Assembly: GCA_002633005.1 (NCBI GenBank)
Contig: NMRA01000541.1
Span: forward strand, 124,001-188,000
Direction: 5' to 3'
From: Phoronis australis
Lineage: Eukaryota; Animalia; Phoronida
Length of the DNA: 64,000 nt
The position numbers were made by a program, and so were the translations under genes. This document shows positions 50,701-61,190 of this stretch, in pieces. The number at the start of each line of letters is the position of its first letter. Within the stretch, counting starts at the first letter, position 1. The notes beneath the pieces were generated by a model. It saw nothing but the letters and a program-made list of their open reading frames with translations, had not been told where the DNA came from and searched no databases.

Positions 50701-53633
50701 AATCTTTTGACACCCTAACCCCTTGAGATTGCAGTAACTCCCACTTTGCACACCACAGAATCTGTTGGTTCACATCAAACATACCATGCTGTTGCAGTAC
50801 ATTAAATTCCCACAGGCTAAAGTTGTTATCATTCTCTAGATAATGAGACCCATCATAAACACAATGGTGGCAACAATAGTAATTTTAAATTTTCGTTTTG
50901 AAAGTATGTAAATAGCATATTTGAATACTTCGTGAAAATCATGTGATTAGGTTTTTGAATTTTCAATTGAAAATCGCACAGGATCTGTGATTTTACAACC
51001 TAAAATGTTTGCTTAATGTTGAAATAATATCATCCTCGTTAATTCTGCTGGGTGTGCAACATAATTGGGCTAATTAACAAACCATTGGAAAATTTCACGG
51101 GTAAAAACTTTTTGGGACAGTGAAAAATTTATTATTTTGCTCAAGGTCAGACCTCACACCAAATTTTAGAAATAGTCAATATTGGCCATCCCAAATTCAA
51201 TAATAATTAGAAGTACAATTTTTATGTTGGCAGCTGTTTTCAACAATTTTATTTCCAACTTTGTTGACAGAATGCAATGTCAGATATTTGAGCAATATGA
51301 TGAACGCCAAAATTGCACAAATCCCAAATTAAAGAATCACAGAAAATTGTTCCGATTTTATCTCGAATTTTAGTGTCCCAAATTTTAGAGGTTGGCCCAA
51401 ATTGGAGAATTTTACTGTAACTAGTTAACTACATCAAACTTCATGGATTCATGGCAGTTCAATGGACACGGAAATGCTTTTAGTGAATCTATTTAAGTGA
51501 ATATTATGTGAGCAAAAATATCATGCATAGTGGATGTGGCATCTTTTGTTTTCTCATAATCATAAATTATCTAAAACATCAAAAGAATGTATCAATAAAT
51601 ACACTTTAACAACAGTGTAACTAGTGTGTATTTAAGTAAGATAGATTAAAGCAACTGGTAATTTATAAAATAATCAGATTATGGGATAAATTAACTAATT
51701 GTCACGTGGCAACAGATGGATGTACAAAAGTTATGAATTTCAGAAAAAAGTTTATTAGTAAACCTAGGCCCAGTCTCCAATCTCCATACTCAGACTTGAA
51801 TCATACTTAAACTCAAACTTCATACTCAACTTGAGTACAGACTCAGCTTTGGTGTAATCAATGTCATACTCAAAAAATCTGTTCTCAAAATTTCGAGCAC
51901 ATACTCAATTTTCGAGTATACTCGAACTGAAGTGTATCTCATCTATATTTCAAGACGATTTTGAGTAATATTCCGCGTATATACTCCAAATTTTAAGTTT
52001 GGACTGGCAGTGTGCTTGAAATCGTACTCGAAAATAAATACGAGCGAGAGAACAAAATATCGAAAGGCCACCGAGAGACACAGCGGCAAATCTAAAAAAA
52101 ATAAGTCCTCTTACCACATTTCAGCACTTCAATTTCAGTTCAGAGATAATAGTTTTCATTTTAAATCTTCTTATTCTTCACCTTATTAACCCGCCGTATC
52201 TCTGCTTGTCATCGCCACCAATTTATAAACTCCTTCTTACAGTACGATTCCTGGCAACAGGCGCATTCTAATCCCTTGTCGGCGAGTCATTACAAGTGAC
52301 GAATGCCAATGTGGGGAAAGTCGTGAGAGAAGTTTGTGTTGCCCTTATTTCAGTAGGTTTGCCTACGGTTTGTAGGGTTTCGAAAAGACGAGGAGGCGAG
52401 GAAATTTAAAAACAGTTTGCTTCCCTGTCAGGTACATTTCACATCATAGTTTAGTCATCTATAATTCCTCAATCCCCGACTGGTATTCCAGATTTTGTTT
52501 GCCGATTTCTAAGTAGACGTCTCGTCCCGTTCACTGGTGAACTCTGAATGGCTGCACATGTATTGTTTTTTAACTCACTGCCAAATGTCAACTAACTTGA
52601 TATATCCTGGTAAAATACAAAGATACAGTATCAAAGTTTTGACATCAGCGTAGGCCTACACAGCAATGAGTTCTATGTCAAGACTAATTTAGCAAGACAG
52701 AACAGGGGTTCTTTGATGTGATAAGCTGTTAAAAATTTCTTATTAAGACATTTTCGGGAGATTAGGAACTCAAGAAGTAAAGCTTAACAATTGTCAAATG
52801 TATCAAAGAAATGGTATAAGAATATTGTATTGAAACTGACAAAATGAATTAACAGTTACAGAACACTCAGAATTCCACGTTATACTCTTACGGTTGTAGC
52901 GGCAGCGGCAAACGATAATGTAGTTGCTGGGGTGCAATAAGGAGCGACGAATCTGAGCGCGACTGCGTGGTTTTGCATTTCACATCATGAAGAGTTCCAT
53001 AGCAACTCGAGTATGAGTGTCAGATAATAGATTTGAGTACGTTTGGAGTCTACTCGAAATCCGACATTAGATACGTTTTTTTGAGTACAACTCCAGTGAG
53101 CACGATTTTGAGTATGAAATCTCTAGTATGAGTATGAGACTGAGTACGGAGATTGAGACCGGGCCCTGGTGATTTTTCAGTTTCACTTTGACAATGAATT
53201 GAGCACTTCAATCCAATTTTTCACAACAATTAATTCAAAGAAAGTCAAATATGCACTTTCAATTTTCATTTGCCATGGGTTAAAGCAACATAGTGAGAAG
53301 CACACAAATGTCTCTTCCTTTAGTACTCAAGGTTGTGAGTACTGAGTCCCACTGGTGCACATTGGCACACCCTCGAGCCAACTTTCTAGCACCTCACCTC
53401 GGTTGTAACTAAAGCATAAAACTTGTTCCAGGTGATCAATGCCAATGGTTCAACTTGAGCAGCCTGTGTACGTCTAGTACAATGGATGCCAGACTACTGC
53501 ATTTATTTTTTAAAGGACAAAAGAGACAAATACCAAAGTACAGATTATGACATATTTAAAACAATATATACACACCCTTTGCTGGTTCCTGGGATTTAGT
53601 AATTTCCACTTTCTTCGACCCTGAACTACCCAT
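5719..53633 (-). CDS. AIFM3: Apoptosis-inducing factor 3-like (Rieske 2Fe-2S + FAD/NAD(H) pyridine nucleotide-disulphide oxidoreductase + C-terminal reductase domain), 14 coding exons, 601 aa
   Basis: All introns are GT-AG with matching phases and exon lengths sum to 1806 nt. Motifs: [92 protein letters not shown]. Confidence 0.95.
7429..8684 (-). mobile_element. Non-autonomous Helentron-like (HINE) element, family A, copy 1; degenerate related sequence at about 6300-6700, 7230-7300 and 8690-9250
   Basis: Plus strand begins aacaagagcaacgccgggcgttgaaatgtgcccat and ends in a degenerate palindrome plus gggcgcataaaaa; internal CCACTAG tandem subunits. Confidence 0.75.
9723..9894. repeat. 63-bp minisatellite, about 2.7 copies
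   Basis: aacaaaatgacc.agaatgaaggagat...ctgatcatgt at 9723, 9786 and 9849. Confidence 0.9.
10245..10349 (-). CDS. AIFM3: AIFM3 exon 13: [34 protein letters not shown]
   Basis: ctttttag acceptor, gtgagt donor, 105 nt, phase 2/2. Confidence 0.93.
10425..11878 (-). mobile_element. HINE family A, copy 2
   Basis: Minus strand: 5' TTTTTATGCGCCCACATATTTATATGTGGACGCAT palindrome, then (GTCC)-like repeats and a tandem core; 3' GTGGGCGCAT subterminal IR, CAACGC-TCC-GTGTTG hairpin and CTCTTGT. Confidence 0.8.
10536..10688 (-). mobile_element. 5'-truncated RTE-clade LINE 3' end with 26-bp TSD
   Basis: Encodes [26 protein letters not shown] (RTE-type C-terminal C2H2 finger), then a cttcgg-ac-ccgaag hairpin and a caacaac tail; flanked by atggccactagatggcgcaaaaacat at 10510-10535 and 10689-10714. 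Confidence 0.85.
12033..14109. mobile_element. hAT-like non-autonomous DNA transposon
   Basis: TIR pair CAGGGACTCATCTAG / CTAGATGAGTCCTTG (14/15 match); no matching 8-bp TSD seen. Confidence 0.5.
14616..14908 (-). CDS. AIFM3: AIFM3 exon 12: [15 protein letters not shown]...IGHWQMA...VPYFWS...KFVAFYV
   Basis: cttttccag acceptor, gtatgt donor, 293 nt. Confidence 0.96.
14935..16432. mobile_element. Non-autonomous Tc1/mariner (pogo/Tigger-like) element
   Basis: TIRs CCGTATTCGCCCTAATAA / TTATTAGGGTGAATACCG, with TA on both sides (14933-14934, 16433-16434). Confidence 0.75.
16931..17007 (-). CDS. AIFM3: AIFM3 exon 11: [25 protein letters not shown]
   Basis: atttcag / gtgaga, 77 nt, phase 1/0. 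Confidence 0.93.
17492..17740 (-). CDS. AIFM3: AIFM3 exon 10: MEVAAYL...[10 protein letters not shown]
   Basis: gttacag / gtaatg, 249 nt, phase 1/1. Confidence 0.95.
19494..24030. mobile_element. Tc1/mariner-superfamily element, no intact transposase ORF visible
   Basis: Perfect 25-bp TIR CGGTAAAGTCGCGTGATTTTCGGAC and TA TSD (19492-19493, 24031-24032). Confidence 0.85.
21367..21767. mobile_element. PIF/Harbinger-like MITE
   Basis: TIR GGCCCGGTCTCCAATCT / AGATTAGAGACTGGGCC, CTG TSD, right flank CTGGTCTT resembling the Harbinger CWGGTCTT target; internal ctcga repeats. Confidence 0.75.
24619..24749 (-). CDS. AIFM3: AIFM3 exon 9: [43 protein letters not shown]
   Basis: ttatttcag / gtaagt, 131 nt, NAD-binding motif. 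Confidence 0.95.
25173..25360. repeat. 28-bp minisatellite, about 6.7 copies
   Basis: gaacagccttaccatgctactaatttat repeated. Confidence 0.95.
25561..25652 (-). CDS. AIFM3: AIFM3 exon 8: [30 protein letters not shown]
   Basis: ttgtttaag / gtgtgt, 92 nt. Confidence 0.93.
26633..26719 (-). CDS. AIFM3: AIFM3 exon 7: [29 protein letters not shown]
   Basis: ttgtttcag / gtgaac, 87 nt, phase 0/0. Confidence 0.92.
27960..30318 (+). mobile_element. Degenerate BEL/Pao LTR retrotransposon (RNase H end, integrase, C-terminal domain, probable 3' LTR from 29722)
   Basis: Broken frames give [60 protein letters not shown] and GDIVVVKDD; a purine tract precedes TGTAAC at 29722. LTR end is approximate. Confidence 0.85.
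30530..31792 (-). mobile_element. HINE family A, divergent copy 4 (low-coordinate boundary uncertain)
   Basis: Diverged aaaatggccactaggaggc subunits; ends atgcgatcacacaaacatatgtggttgcataaaaa. Confidence 0.6.
31987..32097. repeat. 28-bp minisatellite x4 with internal palindromes
   Basis: tgttggtcacaatgtgagctagtgcac repeated. Confidence 0.93.
32219..32331 (-). CDS. AIFM3: AIFM3 exon 6: [37 protein letters not shown]
   Basis: gttgtag / gtatgt, 113 nt. Confidence 0.96.
32568..35357 (-). mobile_element. Second Helentron/HINE-like family (B), probably with an internal insertion
   Basis: Low-coordinate end: aactag, hairpin TATTACTGTCAC-GGT-GTGACAGTAATA, then actctgcgcgtg. High-coordinate end: actctgcgcttacacgcgcagagt palindrome (duplicated) with an (aagaat)n microsatellite. 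Core unit atgacctttg..gtgcatt at about 32728, 33148 and 35058. Confidence 0.6.
35427..35553 (-). CDS. AIFM3: AIFM3 exon 5: [12 protein letters not shown]...ETYLIVGG
   Basis: ttttag / gtgagt, 127 nt; start of the FAD-binding motif. Confidence 0.93.
36046..37633 (+). mobile_element. Internally deleted Kolobok-type DNA transposon with a pseudogenised THAP domain
   Basis: TTAA TSD, perfect 15-bp TIR AGGAGAATGCCACCC; about 36210-36425 reads [26 protein letters not shown]...[13 protein letters not shown]. Confidence 0.85.
39800..39909 (-). CDS. AIFM3: AIFM3 exon 4: [36 protein letters not shown] (second Rieske ligand box)
   Basis: cattgcag / gtactc, 110 nt. Confidence 0.96.
40397..41798 (-). mobile_element. 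HINE family A, copy 5
   Basis: Both termini intact (aacaagagcaacgcagagcgttg ... atgcgtccacatataaatatgtgggcgcataa). Confidence 0.8.
44630..44739 (-). CDS. AIFM3: AIFM3 exon 3: [36 protein letters not shown] (first Rieske ligand box)
   Basis: ttttcttacag / gtgaga, 110 nt. Confidence 0.96.
44808..44912. repeat. (CA)n/(CACG)n microsatellite
   Basis: Read directly. Confidence 0.9.
46347..46504. mobile_element. Short GC-rich hAT-like MITE; a related copy lies at about 487-603
   Basis: cagg.gcggatccaggattttgagttgggggg ... cccccctctaaatccgccc shared by both copies. Confidence 0.5.
48256..48475 (-). CDS. AIFM3: AIFM3 exon 2: low-complexity linker then [16 protein letters not shown]
   Basis: tttttcag / gtaagt, 220 nt, phase 1/2; joins exon 3 in frame. 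Confidence 0.9.
48483..50125 (-). mobile_element. HINE family A, copy 6, abutting the exon 2 acceptor
   Basis: aacaagagcaacgcggagcattg ... atgcgtccactatgtgagggcataaaaa. Confidence 0.8.
51767..53165. mobile_element. PIF/Harbinger-like non-autonomous element related to 21367-21767
   Basis: TIR GGCCCAGTCTCCAATCTCCATACTCAG / CTGAGTACGGAGATTGAGACCGGGCC; flanks CTA and CTG. Confidence 0.75.
53576..53633 (-). CDS. AIFM3: AIFM3 first coding exon: [19 protein letters not shown] (exon starts at 53677)
   Basis: Acceptor cttttgtgttgtag, in-frame TGA two codons before the ATG, MGxxxSK myristoylation-type start like vertebrate AIFM3 (MGGCFSK), phase-1 gtgtgt donor matching exon 2. Confidence 0.8.
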
Positions 53634-54857
53634 ATTTCAAAAAGCGGCCAAAGGCTGAGTAGACTGTCTCAGTTTAACTACAACACAAAAGATACCCATA
53701 CAGTACTTATATGTATTAATTCTATAATCAGGGGTTTGGTGGCAGTTAAAATCCATGCTTTCTATAAAAAAATTGATTTAGGCCACTTCCGTGACAAAAT
53801 TAGTCACAGATTGTCTCTTGGTCTATATGTGATTGATGAGATTGGAAACAACTGACAGTTTGTTATTTAACAACACGTCACATTATAAGACCTCTTTAAC
53901 AAACAGCTATTATCAGCATACAAAAATGATGCGGATATGAACACAAACATCAAAATCCAGCTAGCTGTAGTTGTAAGACAGTACTCACTGCTGCGCATGA
54001 ATTTCAGTTCAAATCCTGCTTAATCTCAAGACCACGTATGCGTGACCTTGGAATACATGAGGAAAATTGACAAATACACTCAAATAACATTCACCTTAAA
54101 TTTTGCAGTGCACTAAATCAAATTACATGTTATTAAAATACAATAAATTTTAACCAACCTATTGGCGATCTTATTCACCTATTAATAATTGATTTAACCT
54201 TTCACATATTCCTCTGATTCTTTGACAAAAGTTATGCTGACGAAGAAACGGGCGGATGTGAGGCATATAGTTACAAAAATTCTTTACACTGAATAAAAAT
54301 TTACTTGATTGCCTAAATAAATATTTCTGCACTCACGACATCTTACGATTAACTTTAGTGGCATCACCATGTTCACACACAGCAGTAGAACCAAGGTTAT
54401 CAACAGGCTTACCTAAAAAGATTTATCTGCTCAGCCGATCAGCTAATAGGCGTTATCTGTCTAGTGTTTGGACTGATGAGTAGAATGGAGGAGTGTTGCG
54501 CTGTCGTTGAACCACAGGCACAGCCGCTTAACCTGGTTACAATGTCTTGGGCTGGCTGTTTTCAAGCATATGAATCAGATGGGCCCTTGCCCTCTCCAGT
54601 ATTTCGCTCAGACGTCTGCCATATGAGTTAGGCTACGGGGGAAAAACACTCTATGTGTTATAACGTTCGCCACTTATCCTATGGGCTTAATTCTATTCAC
54701 CACCAAGGGGTATCTTTATGGAACAAGTTACTTAATTGAATGTGCAAGATGTTGCCAAGATCCCAATACTAATGAGTTAAGTCGCCATATACGCCAAGCT
54801 TATGAATGCCAACTTTGCCTGCGCTGTCAAATACTGTGTTTTGATGCTTGATAAGTC

Positions 54858-55820
54858 AACAGACGTCCTCAGCTTCTGAATGTCCACAATACACTATATA
54901 ATACTACAAGGTATGACACTGCCGACTAGAAATTCCACGGGTGCTTCACTAATTCAGCCGTCCATAGCAAACACAAAACTCAATAAATTTACACAAAGCA
55001 GAGGTTCAACAAACCATGAGGAATAGTTCTTTCTCCCAACAACATTCATGGTGTCCTGCTTCACTCAGTTGCAAGAAATTCCCGGTCAAAGCACGAAAAC
55101 CTTCCCAAAAACCCCTTCCGGAAAAACTCCTTTGTAAATCGAAAGTCAAGGACAATTTTTACGGAATTATCTGATGAGTTATGGATGAACGGCAGTTGCC
55201 GATTTGTCATGGAGAGTTGCGAAATCGTGACAATTGCCGTTCATCTGTAATTCATCGGATAACTCCGTATCATCCTTGACCTTCGATTTACAAAGGAGTT
55301 TCTCCGGACATGCTTTTTGGGAAGATGTTTGTGCTTTGACCGCGAATTTCTTGCAACTGGGTGAAGCAAGACACCATGAATGGTGTTGGGAGAAAGAACA
55401 ATTCCTCGTGGTTTGTTGAACCTCTGTTTTGTGTAAATTTATTTGTGTTTGCTATGGACGCGTCTGAAGTGAAGCACTCGTGGAATTTCTAGTCGGGAGT
55501 GTCATGTAGTAGTGTCGTGAACGTGTATTCTCTCGTTGTGTGACGTCATGTGGTGTTGTCTTTGTTTGTCTCTGTGTGTGTGTGGTGTTTACATAGTGAG
55601 CCAGTGATAGGTCACGTGACTCTGGGCACGAGTGGAAAATCGAGTAGTCTTGCGAGGGGTGTAGAGAAATTAAGATAGACGCTCTTCAAGTTGGAATGAT
55701 AGATGTCGAGTCAGGCCAAGAATTCAGGTATGTTGGCTGTATAACTCCTGGGCTACAGGCCGCGTTACTATAGTATTATAATATAGTATTGTGGACGATC
55801 AGAAGCTGAGGACGCCTGTG
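54858..55820. mobile_element. Foldback element (near-complete palindrome) with 8-bp TSD
   Basis: TSD GATAAGTC at 54850-54857 and 55821-55828; arm of about 54858-55197 pairs with about 55233-55505 plus 55771-55820; TAGTA..TACTA insert at about 55507-55770. Confidence 0.85.
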
Positions 55821-56067
55821 GATAAGTCCACACTCATGCGTACTCAGCTTCTGACCTAGGCAATGACCATCGTCTCTGTTGCCGGCCCGACCAGAGGCGA
55901 TGCAGCTCCTACGCTATAGTATAGATTAGCACTAGCAGATAGGCGCTCCGGAAGCTTTTCAGCGAATTATGCCTCGCATTTGCTAAAGCATGACAGTCAT
56001 GTTGTTATAAATACCTTTTGCGCATAGAGCGACACCTTAGGAGGTTGTCGGTGTGTTTAATTCCTTC

Positions 56068-56399
56068 TGTTGTATTACTGCAGGTTCACTAGCTAGGCCT
56101 CTAGAAGTACTCACCAGTTAAAACACAGCTATTCAAGCTTCAGTAAAACCCAATCCAGGTGCCCATCCCTGACATCTTTATTAACTCAACCAACCAGTAC
56201 ATAGTTGTGCGACAATATGACATCTAGTTTAGTGTACATCAAACAAATTACGAACATTATCCCTGACATCCTGATTGCTTGCTGAAAGACTGCCAGCAGG
56301 GTTCCCAGCAGTTTAAATAAAACAAGCATCCGGGGAACCATAAACCATAAAACTGACAAATCACAAGACACCACAGAAAGATAAAGGACGATTACAACA
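56068..56399. mobile_element. Solo LTR (332 bp)
   Basis: TGTTGTA...TACAACA ends, 4-bp TSD CTTC; absent from the sister copy at 62687-63622. Confidence 0.8.
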
Positions 56400-56595
56400 C
56401 TTCCAACTAGAACAAATACTTCGGTTTTCGAACCTTTTGTTCGAGCAATCACTCGTTCAGTTCCCAAAATCGTGAACTCACCATTTTTATACTGCGCACG
56501 CTCCAATTTTTACCGCGCTCGCTAGGTAATGCGACTTCATGACCTCAATCTTTAAATAGGCCAAAGGTGAGCCATTGCAGTCTTGTCAGTCAAAT

Positions 56596-59500
56596 TTTCT
56601 CTAGCGAGATAAATAATCTGCCTAATGAAGCCTGGGCACCTAACACAACAAATACTCGGCAATATTCAAGAGAATCATTGGCAGAAAACACACGAAAAAG
56701 CAATAGGCACCAAGTGTGACAACGTTCTTCTTCCAGCGCCTCTTCAGTAACTGCACCCGATGATGAGACCACACAACATTCTAAAGGTATCCAGTCTTTT
56801 AAAACGAGGCTGCACGACAACCAAACAAGCTCGGAACCCCGCTCAGATGTATACTCGGACTCACCCAGGTTAGCCACCATCAACGTCAAAAATATATCAG
56901 CCAACAAACTCTACATTCAGAATATGGCTAACAAAACTGATGTTATTTGTCTCCGGCCAAGAACATTGGCTTCTTAACTACCAAGCTCAATATGTTGACT
57001 GTCTTCATACCGATTTTGCCCATCATACAAATGTATTGACGATTCTGAACCAAAAACCCCACTACAAAAACCCAGAGGATATGGGGGTGTTAGTATCTTA
57101 TACAAGAAAACCAATAGAATTACAGTGATAGAAGTTGCCTCTGACCATCCGACATGCATCATTAGTGTCTATTGTCCCATCAGAGGAACACGAGGCGCTG
57201 AGAATGAATTTGTCTCCACTCTTGATGAATTGAGAGAGATAATATTCAAGTTCTCATGTCATGATATAATACTACGTGGCGATTTCAACGCATCGATGAA
57301 AATACGTCCCGGAGTCAAAGGAGATACCTATCTGGTGGACTTTGTCAAGGACTGTGGTTTATCTTATGCCACCATCATTGAAGACACGTTCTTTCACCCC
57401 AATGACAAGTCATCATCTCAAATTGACTGCATATTTACTAACAACGCAGAAACCATTCTGGAGGCGAATCTGGATCATAATGACAGTATTAACACTTCTG
57501 ACCATAGAGCTATTATTATCTTTATAGCTACGAAGGCCTACATCAAAATGACTACTGAGAAGACCGTCAAGATGAACAGAAGTAAACTCGATTGGTCAAA
57601 GTGTGATATTCGCAAATACCGTGACTACATCTGGCTACACCTCGGTGACCCACGTGCACATTACTCACCTGATAACATGATTAAGCATATCATGGAAGTC
57701 TTGAAAGCAGCAGCTAACAATGTCATTCCGAAAAGTAAACATAAAGTCCCTGATAGACCCAAGGCTATTTCCGTGCTACCTGGTGTCCTAAAAGCAATCA
57801 AGCTGTCCAAAGCCGCATTCTAGAGATGGAAGGCAGCAGGACGTCCGACTGACGGTAATGACGCATTCGAAAGAAAGCATGCTGTGAGGAGGGCGCAGAG
57901 ACAGTTTGAGGCCAGGAAGAAAGCTAAAATCATCGAGGAGATAGCACCGAGTGACAAAAACTCCGACCTGTTCCATCGTTTAATCAACCGTCTGAGAAAG
58001 ATCAAATCCACTGCGTCGTGCATATGCTTCGATGGGGAAATACAGACAGACAATCGCGACATCAGTAATAGCTGGGTTACCTACTTTGGCAAGCTTGCTT
58101 CTCCAAAAATGGACGCAAGATTTGAAACATTCTTAAATGGCATTGATGCTCGACTTGTGAAGGACCTTGTCTTACCCAGCAATCCTGCACATATATCTAA
58201 GAATATCGCCAAGAAGGCCATAACAGATCTAAGCAACAGCAAAGCAATTGACATGTGTGACAACACCATACAACATGTGAAATATGCAGGCGATTCAGTG
58301 ATCAACTACATCAGGCACATGATCGAATGCTTGATGCGTGAAGAAAAGGTACCACCAATACTGAAAGGTGGAATCATCCACCCGATTTACAAGAGAAAAG
58401 GTCTCGACGTAGAGCCAACGAACTAGAGGTATAACTGTAACAAATACATTCCTGAAACTCCTCGAGAATGTTCTGAAAAGGGCCCACACCATCAACCAAT
58501 CTCCACTCCAGTTCGGCTTCACTGAGAAACGATCACCCTCTATGGCTGCCCTCCTACTTAGAGAAACCGTGTTTGAAGCAAAATATAACAAGCAACCTAT
58601 CTACATAGTTTCCCTCGACACGCAGAAAGCATTTGATGTTGTACAACACCATTCTCTGCTAAAGAAATTGGCTTTCATATGTCCGTCGGTATGGAACATC
58701 ATAAAGGATGGGTATCAGCACCTAACAACACAGGTGAACTGGAAAGGTGCCATTTCATCTGGAACATTCGAGCTTCTCCAAGGTGTTCGCCAAGGCGGAG
58801 TATTGTCTGCTCTTCATTATAAATGCTACATCAACCCCCTACTAATGCTACTGGATAAACACGGACATTGTGCACCAATTGGAAATTGCGCCGACGATGT
58901 CCTTCTCATATCGACCTATCAGGATGACATGCTGTGTATGGTGAACATTGTGGAGGATTATAGTCATCATGAACACTATCACATCAACATGTCTAAATCA
59001 CATGCATTCTGTGTCAGCCTCTCAGCTAAGGCGTCAGTCCCCACTTGCAAATTCGAAGGAATGCCATTACTTAACCGTGATTCCTTAGAGCACCTGGGCA
59101 TGACCATGAACAACAGGATGAAAGTGGACCTAGAAGTAAGAATTAAGAAAGCTAGAGGAGCCCTTTATGATCTGATGGGTGCTGGGATGCACGGCAGGAA
59201 CGGACTACAACAAAATATATCGGTTTCCTTCTGGTCAGCCTACGTTGAACCCGTTCTTACCTATGGCCTAGAGGCAGTCATCCTGACAACAACAGAAATG
59301 AAGAGGATCGAAGCTTTCGAGAAAAAGAGCCTGAAAGAACTTCAGTTCCTACCGATCCGGACGCCCACGTGCATTGTCTATCTGTTGGTTGGTGTATTAC
59401 CTGTCATCGGTGAAGTACACAAACGGCTACTAACGTTATTTGGGAGTATACTACACTACACAATGATACTGTGCTCACGAAGATTGCTATACGGTAGATT

Positions 59501-61190
59501 ATAATGCATGACCTACTGGAAAACAGCTGGTTTCAGTAGCCAAGTTCGAAGACTGCTCATAATGTATGACCTCCCCTCAGCATTTGACACCGTACTCAAT
59601 CCTCCATGAAAGTATCATTGGAAGGCTCTAGTCAAGTCAGCAGTCCCGTCCTACTGGGAGCAAAAGCTCAAGACTGAAGCATATGGTTATAGCTCACTGA
59701 AGTACATCAACATTGAGGCACTCTCCCTTGGTTCTGCTCATTGCGTCTGGTCTTCTGTCCAAACCTCCCAGTATGATATACAGAGAGCGGCAATCAAGGC
59801 CAGGCTACTGACTGGTACTTACATTCTTCAATCCAACAGAGTTGTATTCAACCAGTATGCTGTTAATGCAGCATGCCCTCTCCGCTCTGTGGCGAAGAGG
59901 ACGAGACAAGACACCACTTCATTTACACCTGCACGAAACTTCAACCACATCGTGAAAGACATCTCAAGAAGCTCAAGATGGTCTTTACTTCCCAACAGTA
60001 CAGTCGACTGAATCCTCCCCTGACTACCAACCTTGATCCAACTGCAGTAATGAACATTATTTGCCTGTCTCGTGAGCAAGTCAGTAAGGCAGAGACTATC
60101 AGCAGGGAATTAATCTACAATCTACATCAGAAGCGATCTAGGATTTTGCAGTCTCCTCATTATTCCCTCAACTACTAGATCAGCATAATGCAAATCTTTC
60201 ACTCTGCATTGTTTGTGCTCTACGGCATACCCCCTAACAACAGTCACACCCAATGCCAACACCACGACAAAGTACTGGACCAAATCGATTGGGATGTCCC
60301 TCATATGTTCAATGGATGTCTCGTGAATACTTGTGGACCATAATTTCCATAGATACCTGTATGCAGACTTCAAATCTTAACTTTACGCTCCATATTTGAC
60401 AGTTAAACCAACTGCTTAGCCAAAAGTCTACACAAGGCTTACTTGTGATACTTATGGATACTCCGGTACAACTGAATCTTGGACACACGAGATACTGACT
60501 CCTGGACAATCATTTCATCACTACTAGTCTCTACGACTCAAATCCATAATGTTTATTATCATTCCGCTTCCTTGGATTGATAGTAATGATGGCTCTGGCC
60601 TATATTGTGTTCCTCGTTCTACATACGTACAGCCCTGTGCCAAATTGACAACCACATCACACAATGTAGCTGGTGCCTACCCGTATACATTAATTCCTGT
60701 GACAATCTCCTGTGAGCCTTTGGATATCAAAAATAATAGTGCTGTGGATTGATCCCGTACCTTCGCTTGTGCTCTATATTGTGACAGGCGTAAGTGTGCT
60801 TGTTGACGCTGTTATGCTGACAATAGGCGGGCCCTATGTGTTGTGACATTAACTAAAAAATGATCTGCTAGATTATAGATCGGTGATGCTGTGGATGGAT
60901 CAGTGACTTGCTTCGTGCTTCGTATCATTATGCACCTGTGCCATATTAATGCTGTGAACTGTCCACACTGACCCGGAACCAGATTAATTTATTGTGCTCC
61001 GAAATCCTCCATTCTGTGTATCACAATTGTCCACAGACACTGCTCGTATGTGCTCCACTCACCTGTGATATGACCATTGCTGGAGATCAGATCGTTTAAT
61101 TATATGGACCTCTACCCCTAGATTACTACGTCACAAGACGGTGCTGCGTCAAACAATCGCAGAGAATTATGACAAGACAAGAAGAAGAAG
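56596..61190 (+). mobile_element. Decayed non-LTR retrotransposon (APE endonuclease + reverse transcriptase + C-terminal CCHC finger)
   Basis: LATINVKN, QEHWL, GDFNA, QIDCIF, TSDH; LDTQKAFDVV, GVRQGGVLS, CADD; LCGEEDETRHHFIYTC; several stops and frameshifts; (GAA)n tail ending at 61190. Confidence 0.95.
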
